A stretch of DNA of 64,000 bases from positions 1 through 64,000 of the IMG/VR virus record IMGVR_UViG_3300002307_000038. One strand, written 5' to 3'. This stretch comes from a virus. Both the position numbers and the translations under genes were made by a program. Under the pieces are notes generated by a model that did no database searches, was not told the DNA's origin, and worked only from the letters and a program-made list of their open reading frames with translations. Shown in pieces: positions 1 through 9,645 of this stretch (positions within the stretch are counted from its first letter, which is position 1; each line of letters starts with the position of its first letter).

Positions 1-684
1 AATGTGGTTGCATATAGCCAAACAATGGGCTTTACTAATTATAGTAACGTCAATGCTGCATCATATACTACCGCAATGGGCTACACAAATTATAGTAATG
101 TAAATGTCATTGCATATCTAGCAGGTGGGATATCTAGTACTGGATTTATTAATACATCAGCTAACGTATCAGCATCACAGATAAAAGCCAGCACAATTAT
201 TACCACAGGTAATATTGATGTTAGTGCGGCTTGGTTATTAGCAGGTACAATAAATGTTACAGGTAACGTTATTGGTAGTATATTTACAGGTGTATCGACC
301 ACAGCCAAATACGCTGACTTGGCGGAAAACTATCTAGCAGATGCACTATATCCTGTGGGTACTGTGTTAGAGTTTGGCGGTGACTATGAAGTTACTATAT
401 CTAATACTGATATGAGCACCAGAGTAGCGGGGGTAGTATCAGAAGCACCGGCATATTTGATGAACTCAGCACTAACAGGTCCTAACGTAGTAGCACTTGC
501 TCTAACCGGGCGTGTACCATGTCAAGTTACAGGGCAGGTACGTAAAGGAGATCTGATGGTCAGTGCAGGCAATGGCACAGCAAGAGCAACAGACACTCCA
601 ACTATTGGGTCAATCATAGGAAAAGCCCTAGAGAACTTTAATGGCACGACCGGTGTTATCGAAGTCGTAATTGGCGGCCGCTAG
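1..684 (+). CDS. 3' part of fibre/spike-like virion protein with C-terminal intramolecular-chaperone (Peptidase_G2-like) domain; 5' end outside window
   Basis: Frame open from base 1; TMG(F/Y)TNYSNVN repeats, then AKYADLAENY...RVAGVVS..PAYLMN...GRVPC...KGD...IIGKAL motif. Confidence 0.7.
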   Translation, partial: NVVAYSQTMGFTNYSNVNAASYTTAMGYTNYSNVNVIAYLAGGISSTGFINTSANVSASQIKASTIITTGNIDVSAAWLLAGTINVTGNVIGSIFTGVSTTAKYADLAENYLADALYPVGTVLEFGGDYEVTISNTDMSTRVAGVVSEAPAYLMNSALTGPNVVALALTGRVPCQVTGQVRKGDLMVSAGNGTARATDTPTIGSIIGKALENFNGTTGVIEVVIGGR

Positions 685-708
685 CTATTTTATTTTTCCA
701 AATCTCGC

Positions 709-715
709 ATAAATA
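709..715 (+). promoter_or_regulatory. T4-type late promoter (ATAAATA)
   Basis: Matches TATAAATA core upstream of a structural gene; same motif recurs before many structural genes. Confidence 0.65.
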
Positions 716-720
716 ATACT

Positions 721-812
721 AATAACACGCACTGAACCTAGCTCTAGGGGAATATGGAACCGCAAGCAGATGTACCAGTGTTACTACTTTACCGCGGAGC
801 TAAGTCCATACT
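721..812 (+). ncRNA. Candidate structured 5' leader of fibre gene
   Basis: Complementary pairs TAACAC/GTGTTA, CCTAG/CTAGG, TATGGA/TCCATA, CCGC/GCGG in a relatively GC-rich leader. Confidence 0.35.
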
Positions 813-3800
813 ATGGCAAATTTAACACGAATTCTCAACAATCAAATCTATAATAGTACTATTGTAGGTTATCAAAAGATTGCACCTTATACTATTACCG
901 GTCAGCTATTTGGTAATAGCCTAACAATTGGCACTGACCTTACTATTACTGGTAACTTAACTGTTACGGGTAACAGCCAAGTAAGTACAATTGCTAGTAC
1001 CAACACATTTATCAACGATCCGTTGATTGTAATGAACAATGCGTTTACTGGTACTAACTCATACGACCTAGGATTTGTATTTAACCGCGGTTCTGCTACC
1101 AACCAAGCATTTATTTGGAATGAAGCAAATAAAGAATTCCGCATATTAGCTACAACAGAAACTGGTAGTACATTTGGTGCTATCAATCAAAGTTCTTTTG
1201 CTAATTTACACATTGGTAACTTAACAGTTGACTATGCAACAACAGTAGGTGCAATCACAGCACCTAGCCTAAACGTAAGTGGTAACGTTTTAGCCAGCAC
1301 AGTGCGTGGAAGTTTCTTAACTGCAAGTACAGTGGCAGTGGGTAATATATCAGCAGTTACGATTGGTAATGTTGGTACACAATTTAACGGCGCAGCAATT
1401 AACCTAAGTGGTAACGTATTAGCCTCTACAGTCTATGCACAATTAGTTACAGCAGATGATCTTACTGTAGGTAATGTAGCATCAGGATTTATTGGTAATA
1501 CAGGTACAGCATTTACTGGTGCAAGTATTAACTTGACTGGTAACGTGTTAGCATCAACTGTAGGTGCTAGTTATGTAACAGCATCAACTATGACAGTTGG
1601 TAACATCTCAGCAGTTAACTTTGGTAATGCAAGTGCAGTATTCACCGGTGCAAGTATTAACCTGTCAGGCAACGTATTAGCTGCTGGTGCTATATATAAT
1701 GCATTAACGGTTAACGGCATAGACAATGTTTCTGCAATTAACGTATCAAATATTAATGTAGGCGCAGGTGGCTTTAATAGTAATGCCACAGTAAATGCGG
1801 CTAACTTTAATACTCCAGGTAACGTATTAGCACAGAACGGCGTATACAATGCGTTAACTGTTAATGGTAACGAAACTGTAACTGGTTATATAAACGTAGC
1901 CGGTAACGTGCTAGCAAGTTCGTTATTATCTACATACACATCAGCTACGTCGGCAGTATTTGGTAATGTAGCATCAGGATTTATTGGTAATACAGGCACA
2001 GCATTTACTGGTGCAAGTATTAACTTAACTGGTAACATCCTGTCAACAGGTGCAGTGCATAACGCATTAACAGTTAATGGCCCTGTGGGTATTTCTGGAA
2101 ATATTATTGCCGGCCTAGCACAATTTGCTGCAATTAACAGTACACCAATAGGTAATGTAACCGCAAGTACAGGAGCATTTACAACATTAAGTGCCGCAAA
2201 TAGCCTATGGGCAAATGCTAGTATTGCAACATCAACACAAGGCACAGGTGCTATCGTAGTACCCAATGGCGGTATCAGTGTTGCTGGCGCAGCCAATATT
2301 GCATTAACTACAACAATTGGCGGCGCAACACAGATCAATAACACATTAGGTGTTGGTGGCGCTGTATCGTTGACATTAGGTACTAATAGTACCGGGGTAC
2401 AATCGGGTGGTACTTTCACAGTAACCGGAGGCGCGGCATTTAGTCAAGATGTGTGGATCGGTGGTAACTTATATGTTGCTAACATCATTGGCCAACAGAC
2501 AACAATTATTTCTGTAGCTGATCCGCTACTATACTTAAATGCAAGTAACGCTTACCCATACACATACGATATTGGTGTTTACAGTCACTTTATTGGCAAT
2601 GGTCTATCAACATTGTCAAACATATACCAACACACTGGTATGGTTCGTGACTATCACAATAACACATGGACATTCTTTAGTAACGTTGCAGAGCCAAGTT
2701 CAGGGATTGTAACATTTGACAGTAACACAGTTTACGACCCAATTAAAGCAGGTAACCTAGCATTAGTTAACGGCAACCCAGCAACTGGTTATACATCAGG
2801 TGCATTACAAGTATTGGGTGGCGCAGGTATCACAGGTAACTTATATGTTGGTGCAGGTATCCAAGGCACTGTAATAGGTAACGTAACAGCAGCTGCAGGT
2901 ACATTTACTACAGTAACAGCAGGATCAGTAAGCGCACCATTCATCGGTAACAGCGGCGCAATATTAGCAGCAACCACTACAAACTCATCAACAGTAAATG
3001 CAGGTACAATAAACGCAGTTACATTTGGTAACACAGGATCAACAGCATCATTTAATACAGTATCAGCAGGTGCTGTGAGTGCAGTTACATTTGGTAACAC
3101 AGGTAGTACTGCTTCATTCAATACAGTATCGGCTGGTGCAGTAAGTGCGGTTACATTAGGTAATACAGGTACAACAGCAAACGTAGATACTATTAATGCT
3201 GGTGCAATCAAAGGTGTAACATTTGGTAACACAGGTGCTACAGCATCATTTAACACTGTTAGTGTTGGGGCAGTAAGTGCGGTTACATTAGGTAATACAG
3301 GTACAACAGCAAACGTAGATACTATTAGTGCTGGTGCAATCAAAGGTGTAACATTTGGTAACACTGGCGCTACTGCTAACTTTAATACTGTTAATGCTGG
3401 GGCAATCAACGCAGTTACAATTGGTAATACCAGTGCAATTTTCAGTGGTGCAAGTATTAACTTATCAGGTAACGTACTAGCATCGAGCATATTAGGGTCA
3501 TACATACAAGCAAGCACCGTAGCAGTTGGTAACATTTCAGCAGTTACGATTGGTAATGCAAGTTCGATACATAACGGTGCTACATTTAATGCTACGGGTA
3601 ACGTACTAGCATCAAGCATGCTAAGTTCATACATCCAATCAAGTACAGTAGCAGTAGGTAATATTGCTGCAGTTAACTTTGGTAATGCAGGCGCCACAGT
3701 TACAGCAAGTACAATTAACGCAGGTAATATTTTTGTAGGAACTACCGGCAATATTACAGTTAACAATACAGCAATTAGTACATCATCAACAACTGGCGCT

Positions 3801-4904
3801 GTGGTCATTAAAGGCGGTGTTGGGTTAGGTGCCAACCTTAACGTACAAAACGGCGCTACATTTAACTTTGGTCAACTTAACTATGCTAATGCCGCAGTAA
3901 CAATTCGTGGTGCTAGTGACCCAGCATTGTTTGTAGCAACTCCGGGTGTTAACGGACTTGATGGTGTTGTGATTGGCGGCTTTGGTAATGCAACTCCACA
4001 GGGTGGTGTACCGTTGAAAGTTGGCGGTACTGGCGCAATGATGATACCAACAGGTTCTAGTGGTGAAACTCCGGGACTAACAGGTAATGTTGACGTAGTA
4101 GGTATGATACGTTACGACACTGGGCTAGGATCATTGACATACTTTAATGGTAGTGTGTGGGCAAGTATTGGTGGTGCGTTTACAGTTATTCAAGATGCAC
4201 AATTTAACGGTGATGGCGCTAACGTAGCGTTTGTATTAAGTAACTTTGCTAATGCAAACGTAAGCACCAATAGTAGTATTGTAAGCATCAACGGTGTGAT
4301 GCAATTGCCAGGCGCTGCTTACTCAATTGGGTATAGTGGCGGACAAAGTACAGTAACATTTACAGAAGCACCAGCAGTTGGTGACTTAATTGATGTACGT
4401 TACTTTACATCATCAGCAGTAGTAACAGTTATCCAAAACGGGTATGCATCGTTTGATGTTAATAACCCAATCTATGCTAATGTTGGTGTAGGTAACACAA
4501 TATCATTAAACACCACATCAATTAGTGTAGATACAGACAGTCATATTAATATAGTAAATGGTTCTAAACTAACCTACAATCAAACAGGTATTAATATTCC
4601 TGCATTGAATACACCGGTACAAGTAGATACCTTCTATCAAACTGCTTATAGTACATCTAAATATGTTGTACAGGTTAAAAATAATAACGGCACACCGGGT
4701 AATATTGAGACACAAGAAGCATTGGTAATCACCGATAACCAAGGTAATGCGCACATCACAGTATACGGCACTATCAACAGTGGCTATACAATGGGCACAT
4801 TATCAGCTAACGTGGTAAATGGTAATGTTACATTGTGGTATACAAGTACAACTTCAGCAGGTGTTAATGCTAACGTTAAAGTTTATAGTAATTATATTGT
4901 ATAA
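813..4904 (+). CDS. Long tail fibre / beta-helical virion protein
   Basis: 1363 aa, G/N/T/V/A/S-rich, internal repeats, late promoter upstream. Confidence 0.7.
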   Translation: MANLTRILNNQIYNSTIVGYQKIAPYTITGQLFGNSLTIGTDLTITGNLTVTGNSQVSTIASTNTFINDPLIVMNNAFTGTNSYDLGFVFNRGSATNQAFIWNEANKEFRILATTETGSTFGAINQSSFANLHIGNLTVDYATTVGAITAPSLNVSGNVLASTVRGSFLTASTVAVGNISAVTIGNVGTQFNGAAINLSGNVLASTVYAQLVTADDLTVGNVASGFIGNTGTAFTGASINLTGNVLASTVGASYVTASTMTVGNISAVNFGNASAVFTGASINLSGNVLAAGAIYNALTVNGIDNVSAINVSNINVGAGGFNSNATVNAANFNTPGNVLAQNGVYNALTVNGNETVTGYINVAGNVLASSLLSTYTSATSAVFGNVASGFIGNTGTAFTGASINLTGNILSTGAVHNALTVNGPVGISGNIIAGLAQFAAINSTPIGNVTASTGAFTTLSAANSLWANASIATSTQGTGAIVVPNGGISVAGAANIALTTTIGGATQINNTLGVGGAVSLTLGTNSTGVQSGGTFTVTGGAAFSQDVWIGGNLYVANIIGQQTTIISVADPLLYLNASNAYPYTYDIGVYSHFIGNGLSTLSNIYQHTGMVRDYHNNTWTFFSNVAEPSSGIVTFDSNTVYDPIKAGNLALVNGNPATGYTSGALQVLGGAGITGNLYVGAGIQGTVIGNVTAAAGTFTTVTAGSVSAPFIGNSGAILAATTTNSSTVNAGTINAVTFGNTGSTASFNTVSAGAVSAVTFGNTGSTASFNTVSAGAVSAVTLGNTGTTANVDTINAGAIKGVTFGNTGATASFNTVSVGAVSAVTLGNTGTTANVDTISAGAIKGVTFGNTGATANFNTVNAGAINAVTIGNTSAIFSGASINLSGNVLASSILGSYIQASTVAVGNISAVTIGNASSIHNGATFNATGNVLASSMLSSYIQSSTVAVGNIAAVNFGNAGATVTASTINAGNIFVGTTGNITVNNTAISTSSTTGAVVIKGGVGLGANLNVQNGATFNFGQLNYANAAVTIRGASDPALFVATPGVNGLDGVVIGGFGNATPQGGVPLKVGGTGAMMIPTGSSGETPGLTGNVDVVGMIRYDTGLGSLTYFNGSVWASIGGAFTVIQDAQFNGDGANVAFVLSNFANANVSTNSSIVSINGVMQLPGAAYSIGYSGGQSTVTFTEAPAVGDLIDVRYFTSSAVVTVIQNGYASFDVNNPIYANVGVGNTISLNTTSISVDTDSHINIVNGSKLTYNQTGINIPALNTPVQVDTFYQTAYSTSKYVVQVKNNNGTPGNIETQEALVITDNQGNAHITVYGTINSGYTMGTLSANVVNGNVTLWYTSTTSAGVNANVKVYSNYIV
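2985..3435 (+). repeat. Coding tandem repeat, 22 aa (66 nt) unit AGAVSAVT(F/L)GNTGxTAxFNTVS, about 6-7 copies
   Basis: Visible in translation; near-identical DNA at 132-nt spacing (about 3138 and 3270). Confidence 0.85.
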
Positions 4905-4917
4905 AGATAAAAGATAA

Positions 4918-5655
4918 ATGTTAAAATTAACTAAAAAGTATCGCCAGGATTACACCGGAGAGGACATTGTAACTGAACGTGCCTACGAAGGTGGCAAATG
5001 GAATACAACTACTGAACATGTACCCAACAATGTTATAAACAATCAAATATCTAATCGTGCTGCGGTTTTTGGCAACGGCCGTAGCAGATTGCATATGGAT
5101 CCACGATACGTTATTAATAAAAAATCTGGTTTATTAGGTGCAGATAGTCTACAAACTTATGCATGTAACGCTTTCTTTAGAGAGTATACTCCAGACTTTT
5201 TAATAGTAACAGGTGATGATATTGCAGATGAAGTAATTGATAGAGGATATCATGGCGAAAATATTGTCTACACCAGAGCACATATCAGCTTACGTTATCC
5301 ACGAGCATTTTATCTAATACCGCATGACCCGTACGGTGATGCAGGTACAATGGCCTTGTATATTGCCTGTTTTGATGGTCACAAACGTATATACATGATG
5401 GGATTTGATGGTCACGATACTCCAGGCATCAATAATAATATCTATGCAGATACACACGGGTACGATCAATTGCAGGCAGATATGAATGATGATAAATGGG
5501 TAGAAAATCAGCTAGCAGTATTTAATGCCTACGAAGATGTTGATTTTGTTTGGGTAACACCGGTGGGCAATTCGCCCTTACCAGAAAGCTGGAAATACTG
5601 TATGAACCTTAGACAGATTCCCTACAAACTTATGATCAGTGAAGCTGATTTATAA
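4918..5655 (+). CDS. Maf/CstII-like (DUF115-type) putative glycosyltransferase domain protein
   Basis: GNGRSR...YACNAF...PDFL...GFD motif order typical of this fold. Confidence 0.45.
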   Translation: MLKLTKKYRQDYTGEDIVTERAYEGGKWNTTTEHVPNNVINNQISNRAAVFGNGRSRLHMDPRYVINKKSGLLGADSLQTYACNAFFREYTPDFLIVTGDDIADEVIDRGYHGENIVYTRAHISLRYPRAFYLIPHDPYGDAGTMALYIACFDGHKRIYMMGFDGHDTPGINNNIYADTHGYDQLQADMNDDKWVENQLAVFNAYEDVDFVWVTPVGNSPLPESWKYCMNLRQIPYKLMISEADL

Positions 5656-6132
5656 GACTGTTTCTAATGTTTTAATCTTAGCTACTACCGCACTAAAATT
5701 AACAGTACGCCAAACCCCAGGATGTAATGGTTTAGGATGATCTTCTAAACTTACCCAACAATATCCTCGATGTTCGTGATTGAGTATTGGGGTAAACTCT
5801 TCCTCAACGGGTATTAAAAAAGTATTATAGCTAAATTTACTATTGTCGCTGGTAAATTTTTCAATAGGTATAACTTTACTATCAGTAAAATCAAATCCTA
5901 ATTCTTCGTTTAGTTCACGGTATAATGATTCTAAGAGTTGCTCACCAGAGTCAGTTTTACCGCCCGCTAATCCCCATGTGCCTGAATATTTGTTAGTATT
6001 GCGTAATAGGAATAGATATCGATGTGTAGATACAGAGTAGATAAAAGTACCTACTCCGGTTATAGTATCAGACTCCAAAGCCCGCTTTTGTACTCGCCCT
6101 CGTAGCTTTTTACCCATTGATTGAGATTCCAT
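5650..6132 (-). CDS. NUDIX hydrolase (true start probably nearer 6080)
   Basis: Nudix box GGKTDSGEQLLESLYRELNEELG. Confidence 0.85.
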   Translation of the reverse strand: MESQSMGKKLRGRVQKRALESDTITGVGTFIYSVSTHRYLFLLRNTNKYSGTWGLAGGKTDSGEQLLESLYRELNEELGFDFTDSKVIPIEKFTSDNSKFSYNTFLIPVEEEFTPILNHEHRGYCWVSLEDHPKPLHPGVWRTVNFSAVVAKIKTLETVL

Positions 6133-7481
6133 TTATATTGAATACCAGTATTAAGATTACTTACGTATTGTACACTAGTATCAGCTTGGCTGTCAAATGA
6201 TACAGTCCAATGATTACCGTTGTATTCAATAATATCGTTGGCATTGGCTACTAGATCAGTGTTATCTACTCCGTGCCAAGCAATAGGACCGTAACCCGAT
6301 GTGTTAGTACTACTACCGATAGCATTTAATATTAGGTAGCGGGTACCTACTGCGGGATTGGTGATACTAGAGTCTACTGTTTCTTTATTAGGATTAATGA
6401 TAGCGTTGATAGCAGTCAACGAATTAGTAGGTAGAGTGTCTATGTCTGGATTGAAGATTAATAAACTAGAGTCAGTGGGGTGATAGCTTACAGTACCTAT
6501 GAGTAATAGTTCCTCATCATCAGATGATATTCTAATCTGACTGATACCGTTTTGTAAGTTACCATAGATGCCAACAACATTGTGCCAGTCATCTTTGGTA
6601 CCAATTTTAACAGGAGTGTCAGTTAGTACTTGTCCATGATCGTCTCTGGGTGTTTCTAAGTCTTGATTCTTTAACAAGGTTAATGTATTTCTATACAACA
6701 AGATACCGTAGTTCAATGGAGTAACGTGTATTCTATTACCCATTAAGTTTGCTTGATTTAATACCAGATCGTTAAAGTCACCATGTTCGTCAAATACACT
6801 AGCAATAATACTCTGTACCACACCTAATTTTTTAACCTTAGCTGGTAATGATAACCAAACTGGTAGTTTAAATGTTAATGTAGCAACGTCAATAGGATTA
6901 TCAGTGCCAATAGGAACACTACGTGAACTCCAGTTGGGACTATCTAAGAACACAGCAGTAAGACTCGTCCAGTCAATATAGTTGTCTGTTGATTGGATTT
7001 CCATAGCTGGATTAAATAATGGAACAATTTGCTCTAATAATTGTAATTTTTGTTTAGTATTGCTAGTCCATATGTCCACTTTAAGTTCTAGTGTATAAGG
7101 TACAGGCATGTGACGTTCAATGGTAAATGCATTACCTTGACGATTTTCGTATTCTTGTGTAGCATCGTTGTAGGCACGTTGGCGTATGTGCATCTTACCA
7201 ACAAACGTAGGATCTTGCACACGGTCTTTATCGTAGGTAATGTTATTAATATACACAGTCATTGCAGGTACCGCGTTCATTACACTACCGCCTGCATTGT
7301 TTGTAATAATACTTGCTACCTGTCGGCTACCGTCGCCGTAGTATATAGGCACTCGCTGTAAAGTTTGATGCCCTTGTCTGTCCGCACCAAACTCTACTTG
7401 AAAGCCAGACAGCATACGTATAAACTGAGCAAGGAATCGCTCAATCTGAGCGTCATAGAAGAAGCTTTGTAATGCAGACAT
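6060..7481 (-). CDS. Tail terminator / sheath stabiliser (T4 gp15-like) with C-terminal extension
   Basis: FFYD.QI.RF...F...VPI.YG and PVPY.L motifs; neck/tail context. Confidence 0.65.
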   Translation of the reverse strand: MSALQSFFYDAQIERFLAQFIRMLSGFQVEFGADRQGHQTLQRVPIYYGDGSRQVASIITNNAGGSVMNAVPAMTVYINNITYDKDRVQDPTFVGKMHIRQRAYNDATQEYENRQGNAFTIERHMPVPYTLELKVDIWTSNTKQKLQLLEQIVPLFNPAMEIQSTDNYIDWTSLTAVFLDSPNWSSRSVPIGTDNPIDVATLTFKLPVWLSLPAKVKKLGVVQSIIASVFDEHGDFNDLVLNQANLMGNRIHVTPLNYGILLYRNTLTLLKNQDLETPRDDHGQVLTDTPVKIGTKDDWHNVVGIYGNLQNGISQIRISSDDEELLLIGTVSYHPTDSSLLIFNPDIDTLPTNSLTAINAIINPNKETVDSSITNPAVGTRYLILNAIGSSTNTSGYGPIAWHGVDNTDLVANANDIIEYNGNHWTVSFDSQADTSVQYVSNLNTGIQYKWNLNQWVKSYEGEYKSGLWSLIL

Positions 7482-7545
7482 TATGCTGCTCCTTTATTTT
7501 TATAATATTCTAATCTGTTTTGGGAAAATTTATAGATATACATGG

Positions 7546-8892
7546 TTAATTATCCGCAATTGGGCGTAATGCTTGGCTTAAACTTTGACGTTCAGGTGTC
7601 ACTTTTGAATATACAGTGTATGACAACAGATCACCAACTGTTAGGTTAGCAGTTACTGAGAATGATAAATTACCACTAGCGTTTGCTGTGGTATTAGTAA
7701 TAGGTATATCGTTTAGATGTGTGTTAATACCTATATTAGATAGATATCTAAGTGTGGTTATTACAGTCTTAGTAGATAATGTGAACGATGACGTTATGGC
7801 ATTAGCAGGTACAGTGTAAGGACTAGCAACTTTGATGTAGTCAGATCCAATAGAGTGCTCATACATCTTAGTAGTGTCGTTGACAAACCCACTAACCTGT
7901 GTAGTGTTAGTAGGACCTGGTGTTAGGTTGGTACGCACAGCATCCTCAACTTTAATCCAACGTTTACTATCATAACGGAATAGTCTATTAGGAACATAGT
8001 CTAAGCGTAGGTAGTAATCACCAACGGCCGGGTTAGCTGGGAAAGTAATACCAGCCGCTACAGTAGCACCGTTTGGAGGTAATGCATTTTCTGTTAGGTA
8101 TCCTGTGATCTTTTCGGTAGGAGTAACAGCAACGTTTGGTTGATTTGTAGTATCTACAGGTAATGTATAGAACGAACTAGTGTCATATCCACTCTCGGGT
8201 ACGTCCTGTTCTGCACGACTAACCACTGCGTCATTGATGGCAATATACTTGTTATAAGTGCTCAATACATCACTCAATGTAGAACTAGTATTTTCGCCAG
8301 CAATCTGATTAATGATATCTTTGTATTCTTGACTGTCTACTAACGGTTGTAGTTTGACTCGCCATAAGTGCGGATACCACGTAGGTGCATATCCTTCTGC
8401 TGAACGAGTAGCATCTTGCACAGTGTAGAACCGTTTTAGTGCTACAGGCAGCGACTCATCTAACGGATAGTAGTCTTTTAAGTTGGGTAATTCTAATACG
8501 TCACCTACCATTAGTTTACGACCCAATGTTTCAATCATGTCGTTTAAGTGAAAAGTAGCAAACATAGTATCACCAGTTAGGAACAGTCCAAACTGTGTTA
8601 GATCAAAGTCGTTGTCATTTAAGCGGTAATTGGCACGCATTGTATAAACACTAGTGTCATACTTGCGGTCACGGTTTTCTAAAAATAATAGATCCTGTAT
8701 GCCTGTAATGCCTGAACTAATTGGGCTAGTATTACCTGGATTAGTAGCATTAAGATTTGGTTGATCAACTGGCCCAAGGTACTTGTGAACGTTAACATCA
8801 ACTCCGCCAACAGTAAACATCTCACTGATTCGGCGATCAAAAAACTTGTAATCGTTGCCCTTTTCTGGCTTATATAAACTTAGACGCGGCAT
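7546..8892 (-). CDS. Neck / head-closure protein (T4 gp14-like)
   Basis: L.QFGLF and GD.LELP motifs; adjacent to gp15-like gene; minus-strand ATAAATA at about 8913-8919. Confidence 0.5.
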   Translation of the reverse strand: MPRLSLYKPEKGNDYKFFDRRISEMFTVGGVDVNVHKYLGPVDQPNLNATNPGNTSPISSGITGIQDLLFLENRDRKYDTSVYTMRANYRLNDNDFDLTQFGLFLTGDTMFATFHLNDMIETLGRKLMVGDVLELPNLKDYYPLDESLPVALKRFYTVQDATRSAEGYAPTWYPHLWRVKLQPLVDSQEYKDIINQIAGENTSSTLSDVLSTYNKYIAINDAVVSRAEQDVPESGYDTSSFYTLPVDTTNQPNVAVTPTEKITGYLTENALPPNGATVAAGITFPANPAVGDYYLRLDYVPNRLFRYDSKRWIKVEDAVRTNLTPGPTNTTQVSGFVNDTTKMYEHSIGSDYIKVASPYTVPANAITSSFTLSTKTVITTLRYLSNIGINTHLNDIPITNTTANASGNLSFSVTANLTVGDLLSYTVYSKVTPERQSLSQALRPIADN

Positions 8893-8923
8893 TGCTATAT
8901 CCTATTATCTAGTATTTATCTGA

Positions 8924-8952
8924 TTGACAACAGCCCAGAATGATAGTATAAT
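8924..8952 (+). promoter_or_regulatory. sigma70-type early promoter
   Basis: TTGACA-17-TATAAT. Confidence 0.85.
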
Positions 8953-8961
8953 TACAAAACT

Positions 8962-9231
8962 ATGACAAACCAAATACGCTCAAGTTTAGACTGGCAACTT
9001 ACGCAGACAGCGTTAGAAGCGCCGTTGCATAAGATGAAAAAGTATACACACGAAATGTGGAATATAAGCCATAATATTGGTTTAATGGTTAGAGAATTAA
9101 GTAAAGAAGAAATTACCTGCCGCAGAATGGGCAAGCAAACACGTACCCATAAAGAAATGCTTGACAAGATCAATGAAGAGATAGCAAACTATGAACGTAT
9201 GGTAACATTTGCAGTGCTATTAGCAGGTTGA
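8962..9231 (+). CDS. Hypothetical protein
   Basis: ORF directly after consensus promoter. Confidence 0.65.
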   Translation: MTNQIRSSLDWQLTQTALEAPLHKMKKYTHEMWNISHNIGLMVRELSKEEITCRRMGKQTRTHKEMLDKINEEIANYERMVTFAVLLAG

Positions 9232-9256
9232 CCTTTATGGTAAATTAGTGTATACT
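9228..9256 (+). promoter_or_regulatory. sigma70-type promoter
   Basis: TTGACC-17-TATACT. Confidence 0.6.
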
Positions 9257-9281
9257 TATGGTAATAGGATGATAAAAGTAT

Positions 9282-9467
9282 ATGAATTACAAAGGGTTTA
9301 ACTATAAATGGACACAGAAACCCAACGATAGTAAATGGGAAAGACTGTATAATGCCCAAAGAATACTGAACTTAGCTGAACAAATAAAAGAACTAGATCG
9401 GCTAGAACCAATACAAGACTTAACAGAAGCAACTAAATATCTCAATAAATTTCAATTAGGGCGATAG
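9282..9467 (+). CDS. Hypothetical protein
   Basis: ORF with AGGA RBS. Confidence 0.55.
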   Translation: MNYKGFNYKWTQKPNDSKWERLYNAQRILNLAEQIKELDRLEPIQDLTEATKYLNKFQLGR

Positions 9468-9468
9468 T

Positions 9469-9645
9469 ATGCAATATATAATGACAATGGATGAAGCGAC
9501 AATAGCAGTACAGTTTTATGATCGCAATTTATGGAAGGCACTAGCAATGATGGAAAGTGACTGGGATGACCTAGACTCACATGATCGCAGTGCATATAAA
9601 ATGGTTAAACGTGAGCTAGAAAAGGAAATGACTAATGGCAATTAA
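9469..9645 (+). CDS. Small hypothetical protein (MQYIMTMDEA...), not in ORF track
   Basis: Fills gap between ORFs; read manually. Confidence 0.5.
   Translation: MQYIMTMDEATIAVQFYDRNLWKALAMMESDWDDLDSHDRSAYKMVKRELEKEMTNGN

Noticed and set aside
1-684. Window ends joining as one circular gene
   Set aside because: Shared repeats are protein-level only; no terminal DNA overlap, and capsid, portal and baseplate genes are missing so the genome is larger
902-3835. Long minus-strand ORFs opposite the fibre gene (and similar shadows elsewhere, e.g. 19545-20165, 26624-27133)
   Set aside because: Antisense shadows caused by codon bias of the real genes; no RBS or motifs
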